From an uncultured Gammaproteobacteria bacterium (lineage in GTDB: Bacteria; Patescibacteriota; Patescibacteriia; Magasanikbacterales; UBA922), in contig CAZEYK010000001.1 in the NCBI GenBank assembly GCA_964516055.1, positions 1 through 51,030 on the forward strand: DNA of 51,030 bases, given 5' to 3'. Position numbers and translations under genes: made by a program. Within the stretch, counting starts at the first letter, position 1; the number at the start of each line of letters is the position of its first letter. This document shows positions 25,245 through 35,437 of this stretch, in pieces. The notes below the pieces were generated by a model. It was not told where the DNA came from. It was given only the letters and a program-made list of their open reading frames with translations, and did not search any database.

Positions 25245-26363
25245 TTATAAATTTAAATTATCCAAAATCTCTGCTATTTTTTTACCCGCAGTCCCATCAC
25301 CATAAGGGTTGATTGCATGTTTCACACGATATTGGAAATCTTTATCATACAAAGCCATACGTATTGCCTGGGTGATATCATCAACATCATGACCAACATG
25401 AAGAACAGTATCAACGCATTCTCTATTTTTTTGTCTGTTCCCTATATTTACTACAGGAGTAAACAAACTAGGGGCTTCAACAATACCACAACTGGAATTA
25501 CCCACCAATGTTCCTGCATATTTCAATAAACTCAAAAATTCTTTTCGAGGAATACTTTTATAGATAGAAATATTTTGATCATCATACTGATCTTCTATAA
25601 TATCAATAATATCACTACTTCCTGCATCAGCATTTGGATAAATAAGTATAACAGGTACATCAACTTTTTTAAGGGCCGAAAGTGTAATGATATATTGCTC
25701 TGAGGCTTCTTCTACCTCAGTAGTTACAGGATGTTGAATAAATAAAACATATGGACCATGTGATACATGATATTTTTCTCTTATTTTCTTTTCATCAAGT
25801 AACGTTTGTTGATAAAGAATATCAAGACCAGGAGCACCAACAGTATACAAATGGCGAACATCTCCGCCTAACAGAGTAGTTATCTTTTCCGCACTCTTTT
25901 GAGAAGCAGGAAAATGAATAGAAGATAATTGGGTAGTCGCATGTCTTACTGCGTCATCGACAGAACCAGAAACATCTCCACCATGTACATGAGCAACAGG
26001 AATATTCATATGTGCACCAACAATCGCCGACGCCAAGGTAAAACCAAGATCGGTCATCGCAATAATAATATCCGGCCTATTTTTTTTAAACTGGATAGTT
26101 AATTTTTCAATACAAACAGCAATAGCATTAGCCATACCAGCACCTGAAAAATCATGCTCACCATAGAGAGGTATCTCAGCAGCAATAGAAAAACCATCTT
26201 TTTTTATAAAATCAATAGTATGTCCATACTCTGGCAATAAATGCATCCCCGTAACAATAAGTTGAAGCGACAATCGAGGATGTGCTTCTATGGCACGAAG
26301 TATAGAATAACTTAATCCATATTCCGCCCTCGTTCCAGTAACAAGACATATTTTTTTTACCAT
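25245..26363 (-). CDS. Hydrolysing UDP-sugar 2-epimerase (NeuC/LegG family), copy 2
   Basis: MVKKICLVTGTRAEYG, NIPVAHVHGGDVSGSVDDAVRHATTQLSSIHFPAS. The track ORF begins at a TTG (26414) inside the upstream gene. ATG 26363 leaves a 4-nt gap. Confidence 0.8.
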   Translation of the reverse strand: MVKKICLVTGTRAEYGLSYSILRAIEAHPRLSLQLIVTGMHLLPEYGHTIDFIKKDGFSIAAEIPLYGEHDFSGAGMANAIAVCIEKLTIQFKKNRPDIIIAMTDLGFTLASAIVGAHMNIPVAHVHGGDVSGSVDDAVRHATTQLSSIHFPASQKSAEKITTLLGGDVRHLYTVGAPGLDILYQQTLLDEKKIREKYHVSHGPYVLFIQHPVTTEVEEASEQYIITLSALKKVDVPVILIYPNADAGSSDIIDIIEDQYDDQNISIYKSIPRKEFLSLLKYAGTLVGNSSCGIVEAPSLFTPVVNIGNRQKNRECVDTVLHVGHDVDDITQAIRMALYDKDFQYRVKHAINPYGDGTAGKKIAEILDNLNL

Positions 26364-26367
26364 ATAT

Positions 26368-27426
26368 TTATATAATATCATCCAAACGCAATAACGTATC
26401 AGCCTTAATATCAACGTTCGTTATCTTTCCTATTACAGTATCTATCAAATTAGGACAAATTCCTGTTCCTGGTCTTTTAATCGTAAGATACTCTGCTTTC
26501 AATACTGTACCAGCTGGAATATCTTTATTTACCACGATACTCTTTCTAGCAACATTAGCAACTTTTAATTCTTCCTCACTCGCCACTTTTTTTGAAGAGC
26601 CAAGTGCTTTCTCTATATTACGAATTGACTTAACCATAGCAATTAATTCAGAAGGCTCCAAAGACATTGCATGATCTGGACCATCCATTGTTTTATCTAA
26701 AGTAAAATGTTTTTCAATACAAACAGCTCCCATAGCAACAGCAGCAATTGAAACCTCTATACCAAGAGTGTGATCAGAATATCCAACAAGTACTCCACAT
26801 GCCTTTTGGATAGTATTAATTGCCCGTAAATGTACATGTTCCATGGGAGTAGGATACAAAGAAGAACAATGCAATACAACAATATCTTGTTTTCCAACCG
26901 CTTTTAAACTAAAAACCATGTTTTTTACTTCCTCAAGGGAGGACATCCCCGTTGAAAGTATCATAGGTTTTCCCTTACTGGCAATATGTAATAAACCTGG
27001 AATATTATTAGCATCACTTGATCCACACTTAAACAAAGGGACATTAACTACTTCATCCAAAAAATCAACATCAGTATTGGAAAATGGTGTAGACAAAAAA
27101 AGAATACCTCGTTCTTCTGCATACTTCTTTAACAATAAATGATCTTCACGCTGAAGTGTCAACCTCTCCAACATAGCGTATTGACTTTCTTTTTTTCCAA
27201 TATTTTTCGTCTGATATTCAGCCTGATCTGCGGACATTGTAACAAGAGTATGAGCAGTAAATGTTTGAAATTTAACAGCATCAACATGAGCAGCAATTGC
27301 AGCATCAATAAGCTTTTTAGCAATAACAATATCACCATTATGGTTTACTCCCGCTTCAGCAATAATAAATACAGGCCCATCAGGAGATATTTTTTTAGAT
27401 CCAACAGAAATAGAAGAAAAAGACAT
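26368..27426 (-). CDS. NeuB-family nonulosonic acid synthase, copy 2 (canonical motifs)
   Basis: VFIIAEAGVNHNGDIVIAKKLIDAAIAAHVDAVKFQTF, VLHCSSLYPTP, GYSDHTLG, and a SAF-like C-terminus. ATG 27426 avoids overlap with the upstream gene. Confidence 0.85.
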   Translation of the reverse strand: MSFSSISVGSKKISPDGPVFIIAEAGVNHNGDIVIAKKLIDAAIAAHVDAVKFQTFTAHTLVTMSADQAEYQTKNIGKKESQYAMLERLTLQREDHLLLKKYAEERGILFLSTPFSNTDVDFLDEVVNVPLFKCGSSDANNIPGLLHIASKGKPMILSTGMSSLEEVKNMVFSLKAVGKQDIVVLHCSSLYPTPMEHVHLRAINTIQKACGVLVGYSDHTLGIEVSIAAVAMGAVCIEKHFTLDKTMDGPDHAMSLEPSELIAMVKSIRNIEKALGSSKKVASEEELKVANVARKSIVVNKDIPAGTVLKAEYLTIKRPGTGICPNLIDTVIGKITNVDIKADTLLRLDDII

Positions 27427-27439
27427 ACAACAATAAATA

Positions 27440-28435
27440 CTAATAAACAAAATCAGGTATCTTTTCAAAGGTATATAAAGCCTTCAAAATATCCCAATCT
27501 TCAAAAAATGTGTACGGGTAAGAAAATTCACCTGACACGGCCGCTAAAAAATGCTGTATTTCCTCTCGATACATATCTTCTGTTGTTTCATATCCAACTT
27601 CACTTTCACCCTTTTGCAAAGATATAATGTCCCATTGACCAGAAGAACTATTATAAACTTTAATTTGATAACTCATCCAATCCCACTCAATAACACCTTC
27701 TTCACACATAATACGTAAAGTACGAAAAGGATATCTTGCTACCACGTCAATAAGAATAGTACCAATAATATTATTGGAAAATTTCACCGAAGCAGCATAC
27801 ACATCATCAGCAGACATTTCCAAATGTGAAACTTTACCCTTTATCCCCAAAATGGAAGAAACTTTTGTATCAAACAAACCAGTTAACCATATCAACTCAA
27901 ATGGTAACATTTCCCTACAGGCACCTGTTTCTTTCTGAGAAAAATATACTTTACGATAATCTTCCCAAGGATGCCAATCAGGGAGATATTGACCCAAATG
28001 ATACGAAAAAGTCAAAGGAGAACCCAAAGTACCTTGAGCCAAAATTTCCTTTATTTTTTTAACAGCCGGAAAATAACGAAAAGTGCACGATGGGGCTGCC
28101 ACAAACGATCCATCTAGAAGACCCAATAATCTTTCATACCCATCATCATGAGTAGTTGCTTCAACAAAAAAATGTTTTTTATTTTTTGCTGCATACAAAT
28201 AATATGTTGAATGATGATTTGGAGGGGTAGAAATAGAAAATATATCAGGATGAACAATATCAACAGCATCAGAAAACGAAGCAAATGTTTTTATGCCATA
28301 TTGTTCCTCAACTTCCTTTCTTCTTTCTTCATTCAAATCAAAACCAAACAGTGAATCTTCATTAACGCCATGAAACAAAAAATTTCTGATTCTTCTTTTT
28401 CCCATTGAGCCTAGGCCTACTTGTAAAATAGTCAT
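27440..28435 (-). CDS. Gfo/Idh/MocA-family NAD(P) oxidoreductase
   Basis: The N-terminal Rossmann motif MTILQVGLGSMGKRRIRN, the length and the domain order are typical of the family. Confidence 0.65.
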   Translation of the reverse strand: MTILQVGLGSMGKRRIRNFLFHGVNEDSLFGFDLNEERRKEVEEQYGIKTFASFSDAVDIVHPDIFSISTPPNHHSTYYLYAAKNKKHFFVEATTHDDGYERLLGLLDGSFVAAPSCTFRYFPAVKKIKEILAQGTLGSPLTFSYHLGQYLPDWHPWEDYRKVYFSQKETGACREMLPFELIWLTGLFDTKVSSILGIKGKVSHLEMSADDVYAASVKFSNNIIGTILIDVVARYPFRTLRIMCEEGVIEWDWMSYQIKVYNSSSGQWDIISLQKGESEVGYETTEDMYREEIQHFLAAVSGEFSYPYTFFEDWDILKALYTFEKIPDFVY

Positions 28436-28449
28436 ATAATTAATATCAA

Positions 28450-29169
28450 TTATTTACTTGCAAAAATAAAATACCATGGTAAATAAAGCGGTCCAGTAAA
28501 CTGTAATCGTTCATTGTGTTTGGTGGTAATAGTGTACGTTCCTAAATCTTTTGTATTTCTCTCTAAATCAATATCAATATGAAATGGAACAAAATAAAAA
28601 TTAGGATATCCATGATCAAAAAATAATTTTTTCACTTTATCCAAAGAATAAATATTATAATGATATAAGGAAAAATTATTTCCAAAAATATCAGGACGAT
28701 AATAATCACGGACAGTAGTATAGGATTCCAAACACCCTTCATAAAAAAGCGAGCTTGCAGCTATCCATCTAGGAGATAAATCAAACATAGACTGTAAAGG
28801 CTGTTCATAATTTTCAAGCCAAGATAACAATTGTAAACTTACAATTCCATCTATTCCAACATATTTTTCTTTAGATAAATTATACAAATCCCCAACATCA
28901 AAACTAATATTTGTAACAAAATTATCAAGCAGGTGTTTCTTAGCAACTTCAATTAATTTTACATTTTGATCTATTCCAATAAATTTTTTTTCAGGAGAAA
29001 CACGTTGAAAATAAAACACATTTGACCCCATTCCAGTTCCAATATCTAAAATAGTATCTGAACCTTTCATGCAAGGCATAGATAATATCCAATCCCAAAA
29101 AGCAATGGTACTCCGATAAGGAGAATCAAACTGCATTTTATGGTACAAAATTTCTTTCTTATTTTGCAT
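28450..29169 (-). CDS. Class I SAM-dependent methyltransferase
   Basis: Motif I ILDIGTGMGSNVFYF. ATG 29169 lies 1 nt after the upstream stop. The 60-aa hydrophobic extension in the track ORF overlaps the upstream gene. Confidence 0.7.
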   Translation of the reverse strand: MQNKKEILYHKMQFDSPYRSTIAFWDWILSMPCMKGSDTILDIGTGMGSNVFYFQRVSPEKKFIGIDQNVKLIEVAKKHLLDNFVTNISFDVGDLYNLSKEKYVGIDGIVSLQLLSWLENYEQPLQSMFDLSPRWIAASSLFYEGCLESYTTVRDYYRPDIFGNNFSLYHYNIYSLDKVKKLFFDHGYPNFYFVPFHIDIDLERNTKDLGTYTITTKHNERLQFTGPLYLPWYFIFASK

Positions 29170-29170
29170 A

Positions 29171-29965
29171 CTACAAATTTTGTTTATAAAAAGAAAAACA
29201 TGCATCCTCCAAAAAAGGAAAATTTTTACGATAATCCAATAACAATCGTTTATCAATTTGAACAAAGGATATAGGTTGAAAATTAGAAGACAAAAGTTCT
29301 TCTCCAAAAGGAGAAAAAACCTGAGAACCACCAGAATAAAAAATACCATTCCCCTCCCCCAACCGATTCACACCAATGACGTATGACTGAATATCAAGCG
29401 ATCTGGCCTTCAATAAATGCTGAAAATGAGCAATACGTATTGTAGGCCAATTTGCGATAACAACGGTTATATCTGGTTGTAATTTAGACAAAACAGTGGC
29501 CAAACCAGCGAATCTTAAATCATAGCAAATCATAAAAGAAAAACAAAATCCTTTATACCAAATCAAAGGAATGTTTGTTCCACCTGTATAATAATCATCT
29601 TCATGTGCGTAACTAAATGGATGTATTTTTTCATATCTGCCCAAACACGTACCATCACTTCCAATCATATACAAAACATTTACAAAAGATCTATTTTTCT
29701 TTTTTTCTACCATTCCAAAAATAATTGCCGTATTCTTTTCCTTTGCCAAAGAACAAAAAAATTCTTTAGTACCCCCACAAAAAAGTTCAGCAATGTCCAA
29801 AACATCCATACAAAATCCCGTCAACGTCATCTCTGGAAAAATAACAATGTCGGCATGTTGTTCACACGCTACTTCCAATACGTCTTTACATTGTTCTTTA
29901 TTTTTTTCCTTATCTTTCCAATAGATATCACACTGTGAGATACATACGTTGATCGTGTTGTTCAT
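29171..29965 (-). CDS. Carbon-nitrogen hydrolase (nitrilase superfamily, YafV/omega-amidase-like)
   Basis: Glu-Lys-Cys triad contexts: IVIFPEMTLTGF, RYEKIHPF, FMICYDLRF. Confidence 0.75.
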   Translation of the reverse strand: MNNTINVCISQCDIYWKDKEKNKEQCKDVLEVACEQHADIVIFPEMTLTGFCMDVLDIAELFCGGTKEFFCSLAKEKNTAIIFGMVEKKKNRSFVNVLYMIGSDGTCLGRYEKIHPFSYAHEDDYYTGGTNIPLIWYKGFCFSFMICYDLRFAGLATVLSKLQPDITVVIANWPTIRIAHFQHLLKARSLDIQSYVIGVNRLGEGNGIFYSGGSQVFSPFGEELLSSNFQPISFVQIDKRLLLDYRKNFPFLEDACFSFYKQNL

Positions 29966-30008
29966 AATGCTTCGAATAATTTCATTTACAAAAATTTAAT
30001 ACAACAAA

Positions 30009-31325
30009 CTAGTTATACTTTCTAAATACAGGCTTCACACAAGGACCAACTAATTTATCTTCTAAATTTTTTTTATCTAATGAATATTTCAACTGCAAGC
30101 AGGCATAATCCCAAGCTTCTACTGTTTTTTTGACATGTTCTATTGTATGAGAAAAACTTGGTGAAAAATATCCTGAAAAAAGAATTCCTCTTCCAATAAG
30201 CTCCTGTAAAAAATATGTTTTTACTTGAAACATATCATACATATCAGTAGCATTAACTGATAATGCCAAACGACAATCGACTCCATAAACATGCAACAAA
30301 GAATCGAGATCATATTTTTTATGTATATCATTTAATTCTTTTCTTAATGAAGCGCCAATCTTTGCAAGATATTTCGGAACATTTTTTTCTTGCAATTCAC
30401 GTAAAGAAGCAATTGCAGCAGCCAAAGAATGATTTTCTGCCCCATGAGTAGTTGAAATCAAAAATACTCTTTCATGATCTGTTCCATTAATCCCTCCTAA
30501 ATTCATAATATCTTTTTTACCTGCGAGGACCCCAACAGAAAATCCATTTGCAATTCCTTTTCCATACGTAGCCAAATCTGGAAAAACATTATAAACATAC
30601 TGAGCTCCTTTAATATGCCACCTGAACCCTGTAATCATTTCATCAAAAATCAAAACCACACCATACGCATCACACAATGAACGTAATTTATTTAAAAAAT
30701 TATTTTTTGGTTCAATCTCTGTTGCAGGTTCCAAAATAACACAAGAAATTTCATTTGGATACTTCTTAAAAAGATTTTCAACACTTTCAATGTCATTATA
30801 ATTAAATTTCACCGTCAAATCCTTAATAGCTTGTGGAACCCCCGCATCCATAACAGTAGAACCTATAAACCAATCATCATAACTATAAAACGCATGATCA
30901 GCACAGATTGCCACCAAATCTCTTCCCGTATATGCTCGAGACAATTTTACAGCTGCCGTTGTTACAGTAGAGCCGTTTTTGGCAAATTTCACCATATCTG
31001 CACAAGGAATAATATTCACCAAAAGTTCCGCAAATTCCACCTCCAGATGAGAAGGTCTCGTAAAATTTGCCCCAAATGATATTTGTTCTAGGACAGCATC
31101 AACAACACGTTTATAACCATGTCCCAATGTTGTAGAACGTAATCCCATTCCCCAATCAATAAATTTATTACCATCAACATCCCATACATAGGCACCTTCT
31201 CCTTTGCAAATAAATCCAGGAGAAAGCTTAGGAAATTGATCATCTCCTTTACTATACGTATGAGCACCCCCGGGGATACATGCATGTGATTTTTTGCGCA
31301 ACTCGTCGGATTTTTCAAAATTCAT
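30009..31325 (-). CDS. Class III PLP aminotransferase (glutamate-1-semialdehyde aminomutase-like)
   Basis: CIPGGAHTYSKGDDQFP, LIFDEMITGFR, ATYGKGIANGFSVG (PLP lysine context). Confidence 0.75.
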   Translation of the reverse strand: MNFEKSDELRKKSHACIPGGAHTYSKGDDQFPKLSPGFICKGEGAYVWDVDGNKFIDWGMGLRSTTLGHGYKRVVDAVLEQISFGANFTRPSHLEVEFAELLVNIIPCADMVKFAKNGSTVTTAAVKLSRAYTGRDLVAICADHAFYSYDDWFIGSTVMDAGVPQAIKDLTVKFNYNDIESVENLFKKYPNEISCVILEPATEIEPKNNFLNKLRSLCDAYGVVLIFDEMITGFRWHIKGAQYVYNVFPDLATYGKGIANGFSVGVLAGKKDIMNLGGINGTDHERVFLISTTHGAENHSLAAAIASLRELQEKNVPKYLAKIGASLRKELNDIHKKYDLDSLLHVYGVDCRLALSVNATDMYDMFQVKTYFLQELIGRGILFSGYFSPSFSHTIEHVKKTVEAWDYACLQLKYSLDKKNLEDKLVGPCVKPVFRKYN

Positions 31326-31340
31326 ATTATACTAATTATA

Positions 31341-32105
31341 TTATTTTTTAAACTGAACATTTGAATATTTTTTATTAAATCTTTGTTCATATTCTTTTTT
31401 CCTATTCCAATTTAGTTTAGAAATTTTTGGGTACTTTTTCAAAAAAGTAAACAACTGATCTAAAAAAAAACAATTTTCTTCTTTATACAAATGTGTATAA
31501 AGAACACGAACCAACTCAAGATCTTCTGGATAATCAAGCGTCAATCTATACTCAGGGAAACGATGTTCTTCAAGAGCATGAATTTGTTGCAAATGAAACA
31601 AGTTTGTTTTAAAAAAATAGCGTCCCCATCCTTCGGTATTGACATCATCCTTAATACGACAAACATGTTCTAAGGCATCAACCTTTACTCCCGAACCATA
31701 AGTACCATAAGGAAGTCCTTCAATAGAAATATAATCAGCATTCGTTTCAAAAAAACAATCAAAAATCTTTTGAATATACAACGGTTCTATAAATAAATCA
31801 TCACCATCAACTACAACAAAAAAATCAATACCAAACTGTCTTGCTGCACCCAAATAACGTTCTAACACATCTGTAACAGCACCCCTATATGATTGAACAC
31901 CTTTCATAGTATTTGCCATCTTAACCAACACATCATCCTCTGACAAAAAAGTGGTACACAAAATAACAGGAATATTTTTATTGTTGACCAAAATTCTCAA
32001 CAAACCATGTTCAAAGACAGTTTTTCCTTGTAAATCAAGAATCATTTTGTTTGGTAACCGAGTTGACCCAACTCTCGCTGTATAAAAAATTGCAATATTT
32101 GACAT
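31341..32105 (-). CDS. SpsF-type cytidylyltransferase-domain protein
   Basis: IAIFYTARVGSTRLPNKMILDLQGKTV and RLTLDYPEDLELV, as in SpsF-like proteins of spore-coat and NulO loci. Confidence 0.7.
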   Translation of the reverse strand: MSNIAIFYTARVGSTRLPNKMILDLQGKTVFEHGLLRILVNNKNIPVILCTTFLSEDDVLVKMANTMKGVQSYRGAVTDVLERYLGAARQFGIDFFVVVDGDDLFIEPLYIQKIFDCFFETNADYISIEGLPYGTYGSGVKVDALEHVCRIKDDVNTEGWGRYFFKTNLFHLQQIHALEEHRFPEYRLTLDYPEDLELVRVLYTHLYKEENCFFLDQLFTFLKKYPKISKLNWNRKKEYEQRFNKKYSNVQFKK

Positions 32106-32109
32106 ATAT

Positions 32110-33645
32110 CTATGTATTTTTTACCTTTTTTAGCTCCTTTAAAAATCCCTCAGTAATATTCATCACTGAATCAAAATGAGACAAAGATGAAAAACTATCA
32201 AAAAAATTAGTCTTATTTGCCTTAATAACAACTGATTGAAGAGCAATATAATAATTCAATACCTTCTGTTGATTAACAGTATAGCCATTGATAATAGTTT
32301 CAATTGCCTTTGTGCAAGAATCTGGGCTATCCACTCTAAAGATTCCTTCACAATACATATACCATGGATAGCCAAAAAGTAAAACAGGTCTTTGTCGAAC
32401 AATAGCTTCTAAACCAGCTGTGCCAGAAGCGGTGGCAACTGCTTGACAATTTTTAATTAAATCATATGTTGATATATTAGGTGATATAAGCTTAACATTT
32501 TTTATAGCAGCTAATTCTTTATAATATCCATTATAACGAAAAAGATGTGATCTATGATCATGAGAATCCCACTGTATTGAATACTCTTTTACATATATAA
32601 TCCAATCTTCAGGAAGTGCTGCGGCCACTGTCTTGACCATAAATATCATATCTACATAATACATTGCCAACGGACTAGTGGTGCATTCAGGTTGATAATG
32701 CAATGGAATATAAATAAACTTTTTATTCATATTAGGATAAGATTCCAATGCTAAATATTCTTTCTTATACGCATCTTTTAATCTTTTAAATTTTTTTAAA
32801 TAAAAATAATTTTTATAATTTTTACCTGATTTAAAAGACATTGATTCACCACTATAAAAAAATTGATACTTAATATAATAATAGGTAGTTTTAAAAAATA
32901 CCATTTTAAAAATATTTTTTATAATTTTATTGATTTTTGGAAATAATCGTAATTTTTTTTTCATTTTTAAATCCCTATCTTTTTTGTAAAATGGAGTGGC
33001 ATCATAGTATACATCTGACAATTTTAAAAAATAATCTTTTTCTGCAACAGGAATCTCATCAAGCGTATGTACTTCATTTTCAATAAGATGATAGTAATCT
33101 AAAAGAGACTCCGATGCCTTTTTATAATCTTGTACAACAATCAATCTATCTTGAACATTAGCCACTTCTAACATAATAGTTGGAATATTGTATAGTTTGG
33201 CCAATGAATACAAAACAAAATTATAAGCGACATGAGGAACATCACTAAAAATAATTACATCTGGTTTCATCAATGTCAAAATACCATTCCAATATGTCAC
33301 ATATTTATAATAAATATGTTTCTTTTCAAGAACAGACATATACGAAAAATCGAGTCTCGTCATCATAGTTAATACAATGGATTCACATTCTAATAATTGA
33401 GAAAGTAATTTGCTGCTCGGTGGAAAAAATTCCAAAGTATCTACTCCATTTGCAGGAATAGCCCTTATCGCCTCTAACTGATTATGAAAAATAGTTTGAG
33501 GAAATTTTTGTGTATCCTTGATAACAAGATCTCTATATATATCTTTTGCAGCTACCCAATAAACAATAGAAAAACCTTGCTTTTGCAAATTACATGCAAC
33601 ATCATACAGCACTGACGAAGAAAAATCACACAAAAAAACATTCAT
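32110..33645 (-). CDS. Putative capsule-synthesis-like (KpsS/LipB-like) glycosyltransferase; uncertain
   Basis: 511 aa from ATG 33645, which lies 1 nt after the upstream stop. The C-terminal half, IYIPLHYQPECTT..VATASGTAGLEAIVRQRPVLLFGYPWY, resembles the Capsule_synth-type fold. The track ORF's N-terminal 88 aa overlap the ABC gene. Confidence 0.45.
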   Translation of the reverse strand: MNVFLCDFSSSVLYDVACNLQKQGFSIVYWVAAKDIYRDLVIKDTQKFPQTIFHNQLEAIRAIPANGVDTLEFFPPSSKLLSQLLECESIVLTMMTRLDFSYMSVLEKKHIYYKYVTYWNGILTLMKPDVIIFSDVPHVAYNFVLYSLAKLYNIPTIMLEVANVQDRLIVVQDYKKASESLLDYYHLIENEVHTLDEIPVAEKDYFLKLSDVYYDATPFYKKDRDLKMKKKLRLFPKINKIIKNIFKMVFFKTTYYYIKYQFFYSGESMSFKSGKNYKNYFYLKKFKRLKDAYKKEYLALESYPNMNKKFIYIPLHYQPECTTSPLAMYYVDMIFMVKTVAAALPEDWIIYVKEYSIQWDSHDHRSHLFRYNGYYKELAAIKNVKLISPNISTYDLIKNCQAVATASGTAGLEAIVRQRPVLLFGYPWYMYCEGIFRVDSPDSCTKAIETIINGYTVNQQKVLNYYIALQSVVIKANKTNFFDSFSSLSHFDSVMNITEGFLKELKKVKNT

Positions 33646-33646
33646 A

Positions 33647-35434
33647 TTATAATCCCAAATTAGAAACTTTATAAAAATACGAAGATGTATCAGATAATAA
33701 TATGTCTGGAGAACCAGACTCAACCACGCCGCCATCATTAAGAACAAGAAGCGTATTACAATGATGAATTGTTGATAAACGATGAGCAATAATAATAATA
33801 GTAATTTTTCCACGAATATTTTCAATAACCTGCTGAATTTTTTTTTCAGACTCTTTATCAAGAGAACTAGTGGCTTCATCAAAAACAAGCAATTTTGGTT
33901 TACGAGCAAGAATCCGTGCTATAACAATGCGCTGTCTTTGTCCGTTAGATAACATAAGCCCCCTATCTCCTATCAACGTATCAAAACCGTTTGCACTTGA
34001 CTCAATAAAATCATAAATATTAGCCATCTTTGCAGCTTCAATAGCATCTTCTCTACTAATAGATTCATCATAATACTTAATATTATTTAAAAAAGAATCA
34101 TTAATCAAAAAATAATCTTGAGAAACATACCCAATATTTTTTCTCCAAGAATGTAAAGAAATACCTGATAATGGCAAGCCATCAATAAAAATTGTCCCTT
34201 CCTGTGGCTCATGCAAACGTAACAATACATCAACAAATGTTGTTTTCCCTGCTCCGGAAGGCCCTACAATTCCCAACATTTCACCACAACGTAACGTAAA
34301 ATTTAAAGAATTAAGTATTTTTTTATCAGAATAGGCATAACTAAAAGATACATTATTAAACACAATATCTTTCTTAAAAGAAAAAGTATCATTACCCATT
34401 TTTTTCTCCTGATTTTTTTTTGATTCCATTAAATAATTATTAACATATTCTAAATGTGGAAACGTTTCATTAATCCCCTGCCATGTAGTCTGCAATTGTT
34501 GAATATAGACAAAAATTCTTTGAATAAGATATACCAAGGCAATCATAGCAGAAAAAGAAAAATAAGACGTTTTCAATGTAAAAATAAACAAACCAGAAAT
34601 AAATAATAAACTAAATGGCTGCATCATAATAGTAACAACACTATTAAGCAAAAACCGAGAAATTTTATATGATTTCAAATCAGCAAAATGCAAAGATGCA
34701 ATGTTATAGACATTTTTTTCAACAGCCATTGTTTTTAACGTTTTTAACCCAACAATCTGTTCATTTATAAGATGAGCAATTTTTTTATTAAGATTTACAG
34801 TCTTTCTTGAAATATCCCTAGTTTTAATAATAACTGGACGTATACAAGTAAAAAATATTGCCCCAACTACCATGGTAATAAAAGTCATTATAAATGATAT
34901 GTTAATAGCAACCAAAAGATAAACAAACAAACCAGTAATAACCATTACAAAACTAGTAATCTGCTGTAACAATAATCCACTTCGCTGAATATCATGCATA
35001 ATAACATTCTCCAAATAACCGATCTTTTGTCTAATAAGGTATGCCCATGTTGAATGCAACGTTCTTTCAAGCAGTAATAACCGTTTAGTTTCTTCATATT
35101 CAGCAGTAATTTTTATTTTTATATAATTAGACCAAAATAAAAAAACGGCTTTCAATAAAAATAAAATAATAATCAAACCTAACATGTAATATACTGTCAA
35201 AGGTAATCTAAAAAAACTAAAAAATGTAACAATATTCCGTGAAATAACATCATCGCCCATATTTCCATTATTGGTAATCAAAGAAAAAAGTGGAATAATA
35301 GCATTAACACCTATCCCTTCCAATAAACCAGAGATAATACCAAAAATAAATAAATAGGCAATACTCCGTCTATATCCAGAAAACGCTAAATAAGCGTGAT
35401 CTATAATTAAAGAAATTTTATTTTGTTTTTTCAT
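33647..35434 (-). CDS. ABC exporter, fused permease/ATPase (MsbA/PglK-like)
   Basis: Six-TM N-terminal half. Walker A GPSGAGKTT, signature LSNGQRQR, Walker B LLVFDEATSSLD. Confidence 0.85.
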   Translation of the reverse strand: MKKQNKISLIIDHAYLAFSGYRRSIAYLFIFGIISGLLEGIGVNAIIPLFSLITNNGNMGDDVISRNIVTFFSFFRLPLTVYYMLGLIIILFLLKAVFLFWSNYIKIKITAEYEETKRLLLLERTLHSTWAYLIRQKIGYLENVIMHDIQRSGLLLQQITSFVMVITGLFVYLLVAINISFIMTFITMVVGAIFFTCIRPVIIKTRDISRKTVNLNKKIAHLINEQIVGLKTLKTMAVEKNVYNIASLHFADLKSYKISRFLLNSVVTIMMQPFSLLFISGLFIFTLKTSYFSFSAMIALVYLIQRIFVYIQQLQTTWQGINETFPHLEYVNNYLMESKKNQEKKMGNDTFSFKKDIVFNNVSFSYAYSDKKILNSLNFTLRCGEMLGIVGPSGAGKTTFVDVLLRLHEPQEGTIFIDGLPLSGISLHSWRKNIGYVSQDYFLINDSFLNNIKYYDESISREDAIEAAKMANIYDFIESSANGFDTLIGDRGLMLSNGQRQRIVIARILARKPKLLVFDEATSSLDKESEKKIQQVIENIRGKITIIIIAHRLSTIHHCNTLLVLNDGGVVESGSPDILLSDTSSYFYKVSNLGL

Positions 35435-35437
35435 AAA

